DNA of 63,049 nt, filler included, from Octopus bimaculoides (Eukaryota): NCBI RefSeq assembly GCF_001194135.2. It is 3 parts of 3 records of this genome, joined end to end, with 100 filler letters (N's around TTAATTAATTAA, not from the genome) between each part and the next. Parts side by side here need not be neighbours in the genome. Positions count along the whole stretch, not along the records: positions 1 to 29,828 come from NC_068987.1; positions 29,929 to 50,455 come from NC_068992.1; 1 more part is not named here. One strand, written 5' to 3'. The translations under genes were made by a program, and so were the position numbers. Under the pieces are notes generated by a model. It was not told the DNA's origin. It did no database searches and saw only the letters and a program-made list of their open reading frames with translations. Shown here in pieces: positions 24,148 through 37,070 of this stretch; within the stretch, counting starts at the first letter, position 1; each line of letters starts with the position of its first letter.

Positions 24148-24554
24148 CAGGAAATTACGACTCCTATGCATCACGAGTTTCATCTCTTAGCCCTGGAGTT
24201 TGTTAGAGGTGTGCTGGTATGACTTGCAAATCTATAAAGCTGGTTGGATATCAGACCACAGACACAGACACAAGATAGTTGACAGCAAAGTTGGGCCCAC
24301 ATGCGTCGAAATCAACGGCGGGAGTGCCGAAGCCACCCACCTCCCCATCACGCTTACACACACATACGTGTGCATATCTATCTATCTATCTATCTATCTA
24401 TCTGCCTATATATATGTATGTACATACAGATATATATGTATGGATATATTTCTCTCTTCATTCACACACATACACACACATAGTTGTATATGTAGTTGTA
24501 TTGTGCAACAGTCGTTCTTCTTATAAAAAAATATATATTTGCTATCTATCTATC

Positions 24555-24629
<75 letters not shown>

Positions 24630-24879
24630 GTCTTTCTATCTATATTCACACTCACAATACTTATTGCATATACACACATGCAATGGGTTTATAAACAGGA
24701 CGAAAAGAATTAATATGTAAGGTAGAGTATGTATACATAATTTATGGTTAACGAAATATGCGCCATAGGTTACTTAAGGACATAATGCTTCGTGCCAAAC
24801 CGTTTTTCAACCCTCAAAAATGCTTTGGAACAAAACTCTAGATCCTTAAGAACTTGTGGCACAAGGCTAGCAATTTTTA

Positions 24880-25052
24880 GGGTTGGGGAAGTTTCATCGA
24901 CCCCAGTGCGTAACTGGTACTTAATTTATCGACCCCGAAAGGATGAAAGGCAAAGTCAACCTCGGCGGAATTTGAACTCAGAACGTAAAGACAGACGAAA
25001 AACCGCTAAGCATTTCACCCTGAGTGCTAACGACTTTGCCAACACGCCGCCT
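24880..25052 (-). mobile_element. SINE family B
   Basis: CATCGACCCCAGTGCGTAACTGGTACTTAATTTATCGACCCCGAAAGG...GCCGCCT. Confidence 0.85.
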
Positions 25053-25293
25053 NNNNNNNNNNNNNNNNNNNNNNNNNNNNNNNNNNNNNNNNNNNNNNNN
25101 NNNNNNNNNNNNNNNNNNNNNNNNNNNNNNNNNNNNNNNNNNNNNNNNNNNNNNNNNNNNNNNNNNNNNNNNNNNNNNNNNNTATAGATATAGATAGATA
25201 GATAGATATTGATATTTAGCAGAAGTAACAGAGTGACTCAAGGTCCGAAAGTTTCGCGCGTTGGTTCTTATCAAACTCTCGGGCCTTTAGTCA

Positions 25294-25364
<71 letters not shown>

Positions 25365-25459
25365 CATATAGTTCAAATTTACAGAAAACAAAAGACGGAG
25401 ACAGGTGTAGGAACAACAAGCAGGTGTATTCGTTTGACGCTCGGGAAAAATAGAAAAGT

Positions 25460-25495
25460 CTTTGGGTTTTCGAGCCTACGCTCTTCGTCAGAAAG
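25460..25495 (-). ncRNA. Minimal hammerhead motif in a probable Penelope-type terminal-repeat remnant (~25385-25510)
   Basis: Reverse complement CTTT-CTGACGA-A-GAGC[GTAG]GCTC-GAAA-ACC-C-AAAG; stems I and II perfect, stem III ACGT palindrome lost. Confidence 0.55.
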
Positions 25496-25942
25496 GATTA
25501 GGAGGAAAAAAATTATTATACATACATATAATTATTATCATATGTATGTATGTATGCAAGTTTGATCAAGTGGTTAAATGTCCACTTCTAATCGAGATCA
25601 AGAAGATTTTAACTTTAGCGTCGGCTCAACTCAATCCTTGCGAATAAAACTCTGTAGACGGAAAGTATGTGGAAACTCCTCGGACGGACTGCGCGTGAGA
25701 TTCCAAAGACGAGTCTTTGTCTCATGCATACATTTTCATGTTGGTTCCGCTTGAGGATTACAGTAAAAGTGCATGTATCTCTGGAATTCTTCGCGCTTTG
25801 AATAAAAATTCAATGAGTTGCCTGCTTAATGGAGCGAGCATACATAACTGGAATGCTCAGCAACGAACACAATGTAGAATACACACATACATGTATATAT
25901 GTTCGTATGCGTGTGTATATTATGTGTGTGAGCGTGTGAATG

Positions 25943-26007
<65 letters not shown>

Positions 26008-26749
26008 GCATACACACACACAGACACATATACATGTATGCAAGTCTGTATGCAAACACACATATACATACACGCATACATACACATGCGCACACACACA
26101 CGCGTGCACACACATGCATTTGTGTGTGCTTATAAACAAAACCCATCAAAACAGCTACAGATAGAAATGCCACACAGAATAGACGACTCTCTATACTTTC
26201 ATTTCAGTATTGAGTTCAAATCGCATCAAAGTCAGCTTCACTTTTAATTCCTCAGTTTTCTATTTAATGAATATCAGTAATTAATTGTCCGTAGCTCCAC
26301 CCCCCTCCACATTTGTCATCTTCTCTGAAAGCGACCAGTGAATGTTGTGGTCATTTCTCGTCATCGTTGTTGTTGTTGTTGTTCTTCTTCTTTAACCCCC
26401 TAAAGACAACTCAACCGTGACCATCGCATCTTATAGATGTCTTGGACTGAATTATCTAATCATTATATTTTTCTTTTCATTAAGACGACAACGTGCAATG
26501 TGAGGTAGGTTTAGCTGCTATTTCTAGTGTATCCAGCGATCCCGTTAGCAGTCAAATGTTTACAAGTATATATAACTATATACAGCTATAAATAAAAATT
26601 ATATATACATATGATTGTGTATACGTATGTATGTGTGTGCGTGTGTATGTGTGTGTGTATGTGAGCACGCGTGTGTGTGTATGTGTGCGTGTATTTCTAA
26701 TATATGTGTATATTCTTTCTACAAATAGGGGCGAGACCTGAAATTATAG

Positions 26750-26865
26750 GAGAGGGCTTAGTCGATTATATCGACCCCAGTGTTTCACTGGTACTTAATT
26801 TATCGACCCCGAAACGATGAAAGGCGAAGTCGACCTCGTCGGAATTTGAACTCAGAACGTAAAAT
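26750..26865 (-). mobile_element. SINE family B, 3' part
   Basis: TCGACCCCAGTGTTTCACTGGTACTTAATTTATCGACCCCGAAACG...CTCAGAACGTAA. Confidence 0.8.
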
Positions 26866-27030
26866 CAGAAGATAGACGTACACGCATTTATTACACATAT
26901 GTATTCTCACCCATAAACACACACATACACATTCGTATACACAGGGGTCACACCTTAAATTATTATTATATATTCGACAGAAAGAACAAAAATAACAAAA
27001 GCAACTTGTAATTAGTTGTAATTAACTTAC

Positions 27031-27096
27031 CTTAAGAGCGAAATAGGAAGATACCGAAACGAGAAAGAAGAGAATGAATAATGTTTTTCCAGGCAT
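27031..27096 (-). CDS. Candidate first coding exon encoding a signal-peptide-like sequence MPGKTLFILFFLVSVSSYFALK
   Basis: ACC-ATG context, basic N-region followed by a hydrophobic core, consensus donor AAG|GTAAGT (phase 0). No homology recognised. Confidence 0.4.
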
Positions 27097-28102
27097 GGTA
27101 ACAATCTTGAACTGTCTCAATATGAATTATGATGTTCCTTTTAATTAGTATGTGATAATAATATTAATAATTGTATGAAATATATGAAAGTATAAGAATA
27201 TAGATATATAAATATCTGTCTCTTTACGTAGATATAAATATAAATATGTATGTATATTATTTATGTATATGCGTGTGTGTGTGCGTTTGTGTGTGTATCT
27301 ATGTATGTGTTTATATATATTGTGTGTATGTATATTATGTATATATGGATATATTTGTGTTTATGTATCTACGTGGATGTGCATATCTGGAGAACGAGAA
27401 AACTTAAGGACATGTTTTCATTTCCAACTTCTGCTACTTAAAGCAATCTTAGTATGTTGTATGTATGAGTCAATCAACAACATTGATTTAATTAGCAGAT
27501 AATTAATCGCAATTTGTTTCACATGTTCTTTTTTCCGAATATTCTTTTTTACAATTTTGTATGTAGTTCCATATATTATTATATATCAATTATATCCTAT
27601 GTATATTAAATGGTTTTATATATACATGTAAGAAAAATATGTACGTGTGGTGTGTAATAATATGTCATACGAAATTACAGCAGCTTATACATGTGTGTGT
27701 GTTTATACGATGAATAAATGTGCTTATATCGAAATGAATGTAGCAATATGTTATTTAGTGTATTAATCACCGATACACAGTAGCTCTTACTGTGTTCGGT
27801 GTTTGTGTTTTGTTGTGGTGTTTGTAAAGCTTATCAAGGTTTTGTTATTTTGTTATCGGAATTAAACGTTATTGCTTCCCAAACGGTACCTCTTCGGTTG
27901 CTGTAATGATTTTATTGGTGCTGGTGTTGTTGGTGCTGTTGTTGTTGTTGTTGATGATGATGATGATGATGATGGTTGAGCAAAAAGATAGAAGACACTT
28001 CCTCAATGTTGGTGTTTTCCCCAAGTCGCACCGTGCCGCTTTGCTTGCCGGCTCACGCGGTCACTCTCGGTGCGGCAGAAACAAAACTACTTAACACAAC
28101 TG

Positions 28103-28104
<2 letters not shown>

Positions 28105-28152
<48 letters not shown>

Positions 28153-28378
28153 CCTTTCTCTCTCTCTTTCTCTCTCTCGCTTTCTCTCTCTCAAATTCTC
28201 TCCCTCCCTCTCTCTGGGCCTCTAATAACTGTAGGGTCTTCAGTGCTGTTCCTCTCTCTTTCTTGCTGTTTGCTCTTCTTTATCTTCTCTCTCTCACTCC
28301 TTCTTTTTCTCTTGCTCTCCCTTTTCGTCTCTCTCTCTCTCTCTCTCTTTCTTTCTCTTTCTCTCTCTCTCCTTCTCT

Positions 28379-28456
<78 letters not shown>

Positions 28457-28470
28457 CTCTTTCTCTTTCT
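28105..28470. repeat. Long (CT)n/(CTTT) pyrimidine tract
   Basis: Directly visible. Confidence 0.9.
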
Positions 28471-28519
28471 GTTTTTACTCAACCGGCAAAGAATCCCCCT
28501 TCAGAACTCAACTTGATTA

Positions 28520-28661
28520 CACCAACTACTACTACTACCACCACCATTACTGCTGCTGCTGCTACAACTAAATTACGTGAGAGCCTGCTACCATTTCAGC
28601 TATTTCAAATGTTTTTGTTATAGTTGTTGTTGTTACCACCACCACCACCACCACCACCACC

Positions 28662-28703
<42 letters not shown>

Positions 28704-29760
28704 GCTACTGCTGCTGCTTCAGCCGCTGCTGCCGCCCCTCCTACCGCCGCACCCGTTTGCAGCCACGGCTCTTATTACTCATGCTGCTGCCGTCGGTGCT
28801 GTTCACCATTCCTTCCGCCTGGCTTCTCCAAGACTGCTGGAACAGTTTCTTCCGCGCTTCTTGGCTACGGTGGCCCCTTACCGAATGCTGTGGTCGCCGC
28901 CGCCGACGCCGCCGCTGCTGCTGCTGTTGTTGTGGCTGTTGATGTTGTTGATGTTTGTGTTGTTGTCATTGATAACACTGATGATGATGATGATGAAGAT
29001 GATGATAATGATGAAGATGGTTGTGTTGATGATGATGATGATGATGAGGAGGAAGCGGATGTAGGTGATGGTGTAGTGTACCTGGGCATTGTATACAATG
29101 AACTTATTATTATTATTATAATTATTATTATTATTATTATTATTGTGATAGTGTTGGCGGTGGCGGTGGTGATGATGATGATGATGATGTCGTTGGAATG
29201 CGTTGGAAGTGGAATTTGGCACAAAGGTATTCTTGCACGCCCGGTTAAATAATTAGGTTGGTCAGCCAGATTCGGGCATTTCGGAGCTGATGTATGTGGG
29301 TTAGGGTCAGGGGTCAGGGGTTAGGGTTAGGTTTAGGGTTAGGGTGAGGGTGAGGGCTGGGGTTAGCTTTACCTGCGTCGTTTGTCGATAGCAAGTGGGA
29401 CCAAGAAACGAAAGAATGCAATGACAAGAGCGATGACGACGATGGCCACGATGATGACAGCGATGATGACGATGACGGGATGATGGTGGCGATGATGACG
29501 ACGAACGAACATGATGGTGATAATGATGATGATGATGACAAGAAAGTGGGTACCGGTATGGTGGTGGATGTGTTAGTGATGATGATGGGGATGATGATGA
29601 CGATGATGATAATGATGGCGATGATGATGATGTTAATTAGAAGGGGGACAAAAGACGCTGGTGGTGGTGGTGGTAGTGGTTTGGTGGTGGTGGTGGTGGT
29701 CGTGGTGGTGGTGGTAGTGATGACAATGGTAACGAAGAGGTAGAAAGCGTGGGGGTAACG
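28520..29760. repeat. Mosaic trinucleotide-repeat island (ACC, ACT, GCT, GCC, GTT, GAT, ATT, GGT, GAC)
   Basis: Successive runs of different triplets with short unique GC-rich spacers. Confidence 0.85.
29298..29366 (+). repeat. Degenerate (TTAGGG)n-like tract, G-quadruplex-type
   Basis: GGGTTAGGGTCAGGGGTCAGGGGTTAGGGTTAGGTTTAGGGTTAGGGTGAGGGTGAGGG. Confidence 0.75.
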
Positions 29761-29828
29761 GTCATAATGGCTGTTGTTATTGTCCTATCTATCTATCTAT
29801 ATCTCTATCTATCTATCTATCTATCTAT

Positions 29829-29928
29829 NNNNNNNNNNNNNNNNNNNNNNNNNNNNNNNNNNNNNNNNNNNNTTAATTAATTAANNNNNNNNNNNNNNNN
29901 NNNNNNNNNNNNNNNNNNNNNNNNNNNN
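29829..29928. other. Artificial assembly spacer (44 N + TTAATTAATTAA + 44 N)
   Basis: Exactly 100 nt; the 12-mer gives stops in all six frames; identical design at 50456-50555. Confidence 0.9.
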
Positions 29929-31488
29929 TATATATATATCCATAAGAAACTAATCAAAACATTTTCTTTAATTCAATTACGAGAAAAAACGATAGTCAAT
30001 TCTTTTCGAAATACCTGTAACTCTAAGACAATACTGTAATTTATCGATTTAAATTAATCTTTGAATAATCTGTATGAATATATCAGTGAATCTTTCTATT
30101 ATTAGATGTATTCATCTAACAATCTAACAATCTGAAAATCCGTATTCGTATTTCTCTGCATGGTTGTGTGTATGCACGTTTATGTGTATGTGCGTGCGTG
30201 ACAATTGTGTATGTATCTTCTATATGATTTCCAAATACACACATCAGATACTGCTAAGCGTGATGCCGACGTGAAGTAAAAAAAAAAAAAAGTAAGTCTT
30301 TGAAATAACTAAACAGTGTCTTCATTGAATTGTCTACACAATACCATGACAAAATAATATGGAAATAATTATACATTAAAAATAGATAGAATAGATATTT
30401 ATGTAACGTTTTATATTTAATTTTCAATATTTCGAATCATACACCTACTGACGTTTCATTTTAAAATCAATGCGAGACATTACAAGATATTCAGGCAGCA
30501 ATAGAAAATTGGCCAAATTGAGAATGATTAATTTCTTTTCACACTGACACAATTTACTCCTTAGAGATACGTAGTTTGTATGTGCAGAGAATTTGTATAT
30601 TTTCTAACCGTATGCAACCTTCGTTCTAATGCGAATTAACATTTCAGAACATACCATACGTCAGATGACCTTATGTAGAATTTATGTCAGTGTTTCTAAA
30701 CGTTTTCTTGTGCAACAAGGACACTTTACAAACGCCTCTTTTTAGAGTTTTGCCCGTATAAAAAGCATTACTACAGTTAAACACGACCTACTTTTGCGCA
30801 GTTGTTTACTATCTAAGATTTTCTAATAAATACTAGTCCAATAGTATCTATTCTTTACATATTCACGTGGACTAGTTCCTCTTATGCCGATAATATAGGG
30901 GAAAATTAATTAAGAAAATGAGGTCATATATTGAAATAAGCAAATTCGGCACCTCATCAATCATTTGCACAACTGATAGAAAAAGTCCTCCGCATATTTT
31001 TATATGGACAACATTGAATTTGTTTTTAAATATTTTAAAATATAAGAAGTGTACCCGGTTCATATATTACATTTCTAAGAAAAATAAGGATCATTTCAAG
31101 CAACCAAATCCCCACTCTTAAATATACCCTGTCATTTACACTGCATTTGTGAGCGAACAACGCCCACCACTGTTGCAGATGGCTCTATATTAAACTGGAG
31201 GCCACATTGAATACTGACATAGTGTATGCTGATATATCTGCTGCTGCAAATAACTACGTCAGCAACCAAGCTGTAATATGCTATCTATATATAATACTAT
31301 ACCCGGACACCTCATACAAAATATCTAATTATCACGTTTTGCTAATAGAGTGTGTTGACCCGATATATGACAGAATAAGCATCTCTGCATATGAACACCT
31401 GTAGGGTGTAGGTGTTATTCTATAACATTATGTATGAGACACAAATACATATGCACACTGACATAGAGGCACATACACACACAAACAC

Positions 31489-31519
<31 letters not shown>

Positions 31520-31520
31520 T

Positions 31521-31557
<37 letters not shown>

Positions 31558-32805
31558 ATCTGTGTGAATATGTGTATATATTCATTGCTTAACGAATATC
31601 TTCCAGGAATTCATATGCAAAATATTGTAGCATTACGGTGTTTCTTTCATCGTATATGCAACGGATAGTGTATATATATATATATATGTAAACTCTTAAT
31701 AAATGTATACGAGGGATGTTATGTTTGTATATGCCTGTGTGTGAATGTCTACGTATTTACGTTCGAGGTTACGTGAATAGAAATCTGTGTCGGATTGTAA
31801 AAACAAAAATACCGTTTGTCTTGACTACTTAATTGCTTTGGTACTTCTTTTGAAATGTGCCAATCTTTTGTCGGCTTTCCCCCACCACACCCCATAACAC
31901 TTAACTGCTCGTTCTAAGATCCTTCATGAATATGTATAATCAGTTCTTCTTTATAACTTGTTCGGTCAAATCTACTGCGTTGGTGACCTATAGCAGCAAG
32001 ATATTTTGTTAACGAGACAAGAAAGAAAATTGTAGAAGTAGGATAACAAAATAACCACATATTTGTGGTTATATTTCCTCTGGTTCTACTTGGAGTTTTA
32101 TTATTACTTTCAAATTGTGTATTTAGTAAGAAGCAAAACATCAATATATTTATTAGCTGCATTCTTCTAGTTAAATGTAGTGTATTGTTGATGTTAAAAA
32201 CGACAGCTAATATATGTTAGCCGTGTGCCCACTGCTAACATAGTGAACAGGCTGTAGAATATGTGATCGTAATATCGAGACAGACTGAAGAAGGATATAC
32301 GTGTTTTATCGACTCTCTAGTCGGTTCCGCTACCTGTTACACCTCACTAGATACCGTCAATAGGTGGGTATATCTCTCATTACTTTAATATAAATTATGT
32401 AATTTCCATTAAGAAAATATTTCCTTACCCTGCAATATGATTATTAAGACGACTCTACTTCATGACAGAGTTTAATAGAAGCAAGGTGATTATAAATTTA
32501 CTCTCTCCATATTCTAAAATATGAAAAAGTATTATTTGTACAGGGATTAATTGCATATAATGACCCTCCCCTTGCGTGAAACCAAAACGAGAGGAAACTA
32601 ACTTTAAAGTGTTGGAAGAGAAATGAATTGTAAGGTGCAAAATAAGCCTATCGAGTGTTTCTTTAGATTCCATCGAGTTCTTTTTCTCTTGAAACTGAAT
32701 GCTTTGTCTAACTAGAGGAAGTTACTCAGTGAGCTTCTGTATCTTCTTGTTTCAATAGAGAAGTAACCATTTGAATTTAACAATCATTACTGAAACAAAA
32801 TTGAA

Positions 32806-33193
32806 TAGGCGCAGGAGTGGCTGTGTGGTAAGTAGCTTGCTTACCAACCACATGGCTCCGGGTTCAGTCCCACTGCGTGGCATCTTGGGCAAGTCTCTTC
32901 TACTATAGCCTCGAGCCGACCAAATCCTTGTGAGTGGATTTAGTAGACGGAAACTGAAAGAAGCCAGTCGTATATATGTATATATATGTGTGTGTGTGTG
33001 TTTGTGTATTTGTGTTTGTTCCCCTAGCATTGCTTGATGCTGGTGTGCTTATGTCCCTGTAACTTAGCGGTTCGGCAAAAAGAGACCTATAGAATAAGTA
33101 CTAGGCTTACAAAGAATAAGTCCCGGGGTCGATTTGCTCGACTAAAGGCGGTGCTCCAGCATGACCACAGTCAAATGACTGAAGCAAGTAAAA
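32806..33193 (+). mobile_element. SINE family A, near full length with internal (TA)/(TG) repeat
   Basis: ATAGGCGCAGGAGTGGCTGTGTGGTAAG head through CAGCATGACCACAGTCAAATGACTGAAGCAAGTAAAA tail. Confidence 0.9.
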
Positions 33194-33451
33194 GTGTATA
33201 TCATACATTTTCTACAAGACCTTAAATTCCTGTTGTTCTGTTGGATTGGGTCCGTCAAAAACTTATTGTATAGTACGGCAATGCATAGTACGTATACATT
33301 TCATCGACCTCTGGATAATATACGTCATAGTCAACGCCGACGACATTTAAACTCAGACCTTAAACTGAGACGTACCGTAACAAAACGCAGCATGCTACAA
33401 ATTTTAAGAATTTTCTTTTTTTTATTTTAACAAGTAATATCCGAAACCACT

Positions 33452-33626
33452 TCAATATGGCTGTCCGTTCGAACGGATTCTACTGCAATTTTTTTAACCT
33501 TAAGAGGAAATCTCCTCTAGCTTGTTAACTATGCAGAGCTGAGCCGTGCATCGTTAACTAACTAGAGATATCCTCTTGAGGTTAAAAAATCGCAGTAGAG
33601 TCCGTTCGAACGGACAACCATGTTGA
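33452..33626. mobile_element. Fold-back MITE-like inverted repeat (~80-nt arms)
   Basis: TCAATATGGCTGTCCGTTCGAACGGATTCTACTGC...ATGCA[GAGCTGAGCCG]TGCAT...GCAGTAGAGTCCGTTCGAACGGACAACCATGTTGA. Confidence 0.8.
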
Positions 33627-35254
33627 TGTTGCTACGAATATTACTTTTCAGTAGAAGTACTGTGTTGATCTCTTAGAGAGATTTTAGAACTAGCATCTTT
33701 ACTTATTATTTGAACATCCCATCAACCTAACAAATATAACCTACATTAACGATAATTAGTCCATTGGAGGATTCAAGAAGGGTACAGTAACTTCATTTCC
33801 CCTCAAGACGGACGTAAATGAGTAGGTTGGAGCCATTCGTTTTCTGTGCAAGTGAAAAACGAAATAGTGTTTTAGAAAGAAAGTGATTGTGTCATTTGCG
33901 CAAATAAAGACATTATGAATAAGCCTACAAATTCTTGAGCTTGTTGTAGCAATTCTTGAAATGTTTCAATTTATAAAATATTCTAAAGTGGAACTCAACG
34001 TGTAGAGAAACATTTTCTCTTCAGGCACTGACAAATTATTGAAAAGAGTCAAGACTCTCGTTACTTATATAATGCTTACGCAGCAGGCGAAGGTGGCAGC
34101 GACCATGGGTTAATGTTGAGTTGGAAATTTGCAATTATATTACCTTTGTCCATATGTGGCATGAGAGACTAGTGTATTTTGGCCATGGATAGAATGCAAA
34201 ACTAAAAATGGCTGACCTTACAGCTGTCGATTTGGCAAATAGTCTATTTATCCATGTGCAAGTTATTTCTGAGAAAATAGCATGTGGCATAAGAAATAGT
34301 AAAATGCATTCTCTGTGCCGATTAAATTACATCAACCAATGTAATAAAATGGTTATGATAAATATACAGCTGCAGCAGTCAGTCTAAAAATATACAATAG
34401 CGACTGCTAATTTCCCACTTTATTATTTCATAGTGTTATTAATTTTCAACATACACACATGTTCACATACTCATTTAGAGTTAACTCAATCAATACCGGG
34501 TCTTGACAGTTAGATATTTTTGTCGACTAAGACTGGATTAAACTACTTGAAACTTTTATTAATATTACACACACGAGGGTACCGTAGGATTATGACCTAG
34601 TCATCAGAAAGTGGTGAACCCACACCGGATGGTCCTCCATTCACCCATTTCGCTTCATTTACACATCGCAGCAAATATACATAATTGCAGCCAGTCACCT
34701 GCGGGGTAATAAACTTTGTTCGGTTAAATTAACCGCTACACCTTACATGGACACAACATATTTGCTCGTAACCCGATGTGTTTCTCCCGGTGTGGTTTTC
34801 GAAGCTTTTACTGTTCACTCAAATGCTGGCATTTTACCAATTTAAACACAATCATTATATTTTCTTAATTTTTTAATTATTTTTTCTTAATTTTCGTAAT
34901 TGGTTTTGATTCTCTATTGAATCCCGTAAAGACAGGTGAATTAAGGGTTAGAGTTATCAGACTGCAGGTGTTGGATTGTACGATCGATTTTCGAACCGGG
35001 AAACTTCATTTCAGAATGCCTCAGTACATTTAGCTAGTAATGTGTAATAGTGGCACTTCGAAATTAATCCTATGATGGAATAGCTTCCAATCGTGGAGGA
35101 GAGTTTTCTACTCTCAGCCTAAAAATATCTTCAAGATCTGGGTAATCTCTGACGTCATGACCCTGTAAACTCAACGCAGACTGAATCGAATTTAAAAATA
35201 CGCTATCATCTTGATGCAAGATGCTTAAAGTGTATCTCCCCATAGTATTCACTT

Positions 35255-35461
35255 TAAATTTTAGTACAAAGCTGGCGAATTTGAGTGAGGTAAATCTATT
35301 ACATCGACCCCAGTACTCAACTGGTAGTTGTTTTATCGAACCCGAAAGCATGAAATGCAAAGTCGATCTAGGTGGAATTTGAACTTAGAAAGTGAAGACG
35401 GACGAAATGCCGCTAAGTATTTTTCGTCCGGCTTACTAACAACTCTGCCAGCTCGCCGCCT
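35255..35461 (-). mobile_element. SINE family B
   Basis: CATCGACCCCAGTACTCAACTGG...CTGCCAGCTCGCCGCCTT. Confidence 0.85.
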
Positions 35462-36309
35462 TATATCTCATTATAACATTGCATGCAGGGGAAAGGCGGT
35501 GATGTGGTAGAATTATTAAAGCTGGAAAAAGCATTTTGCGGTGTTCCTTTTCTGGCTCTCTTTTTTTTTTGTCTTCCTGGGTTCAAAACACCCCGAGCGC
35601 CCCTTTATCTTTCATCCCTCCAAACTTGATGAATTCGACAACTACGCAATCAACAAACAAATATTACATAGAGTAAAGCTACGAAGAATACTAAGCCTAT
35701 TATCACCACGTCGGTTGATTCAACCAGCCAGATGGAGATCATACGCACACTTGCCTTCCCTTACATCTCGTAGCAACGACAGAGAATTCCAGTCAGGAAA
35801 CGTATGAGTATTATAGCTTCCCATATCATTCCTCATTTCAAATACATTTACACTTCACATGTATTCTTCTTCACTTTTCCCATTACCTATTTCCTATTTA
35901 TACTTTCTTTGTTTATTTGGTTTTATATTCTACCACGATCCCTGCAGGACAAGCATACATTTATTAAGAAACCTGACAAGTTATAAAGACAATAAACACA
36001 TGTTCTGCCACCAATATAGAAACATTTGTCATTTATTTTTATTTGAATACTCTTTTGGGATTAGACTACAAAAGAACCAAAAAAGAAATATAAAAGACGT
36101 GACCTACATGTTCGGAATATCGATCACATATAGAAGAGATTGTTTCAAGCAAACCATGAAAAGACAAGTTCAGTTCATTGACAAGAAATGAAGAAAATTG
36201 CAATATTCTCTGATACATCTTGTGTCATGTTTATCTCTCCAATTTTAATGTTGATAGCCGGCAGTCAAAAACCAGTCTATTATATATCGTTAATTAAAAG
36301 TATATTGCA

Positions 36310-36535
36310 CGTCTACACACACACACACACACACATACATACACACAAACACACACACAAACACACACAGACGCTCTCTCACACTCACGTATATATACCT
36401 GCAAACCTAGTTTTATATATGTGTATGTAGGTATACATATAAATACACACACACACTCACACACACACTCACACACACATATACATATATATACATAGTT
36501 ATGCATAGATATATATAAATATGTATGTGAGTGTG

Positions 36536-36566
<31 letters not shown>

Positions 36567-36850
36567 ATANNNNNNNNNNNNNNNNNNNNNNNNNNNNNNN
36601 NNNNNNNNNNNNNNNNNNNNNNNNNNNNNNNNNNNNNNNNNNNNNNNNNNNNNNNNNNNNNNNNNNNNNNNNNNNNNNNNNNNNNNNNNNNNNNNNNNNN
36701 NNNNNNNNNNNNNNNNNNNNNNNNNNNNNNNNNNNNNNNNNNNNNNNNNNNNNNNNNNNNNNNNNNNNNNTATATATATGTATATATTTATATATATATA
36801 TGTATATTTATATATATATATGTATATATTTATATATATATATGTATATT

Positions 36851-36882
<32 letters not shown>

Positions 36883-36932
36883 TGTATGTATATATATTTA
36901 TATATGTATGTATATATATTTATATATATATG

Positions 36933-36981
<49 letters not shown>

Positions 36982-37070
36982 GTATATGTATAGGCATGTA
37001 TGCATGTAAACACATTTATATATACATATATATATGTGTGTGTGTTTCGATATATATATATATATACATT
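36310..37070. repeat. (CA)n/(TA)n compound tract with gap
   Basis: Directly visible. Confidence 0.9.

Noticed and set aside
35859-36191. 110-aa unique-sequence ORF
   Set aside because: No recognisable motif; composition mirrors AT-rich background.
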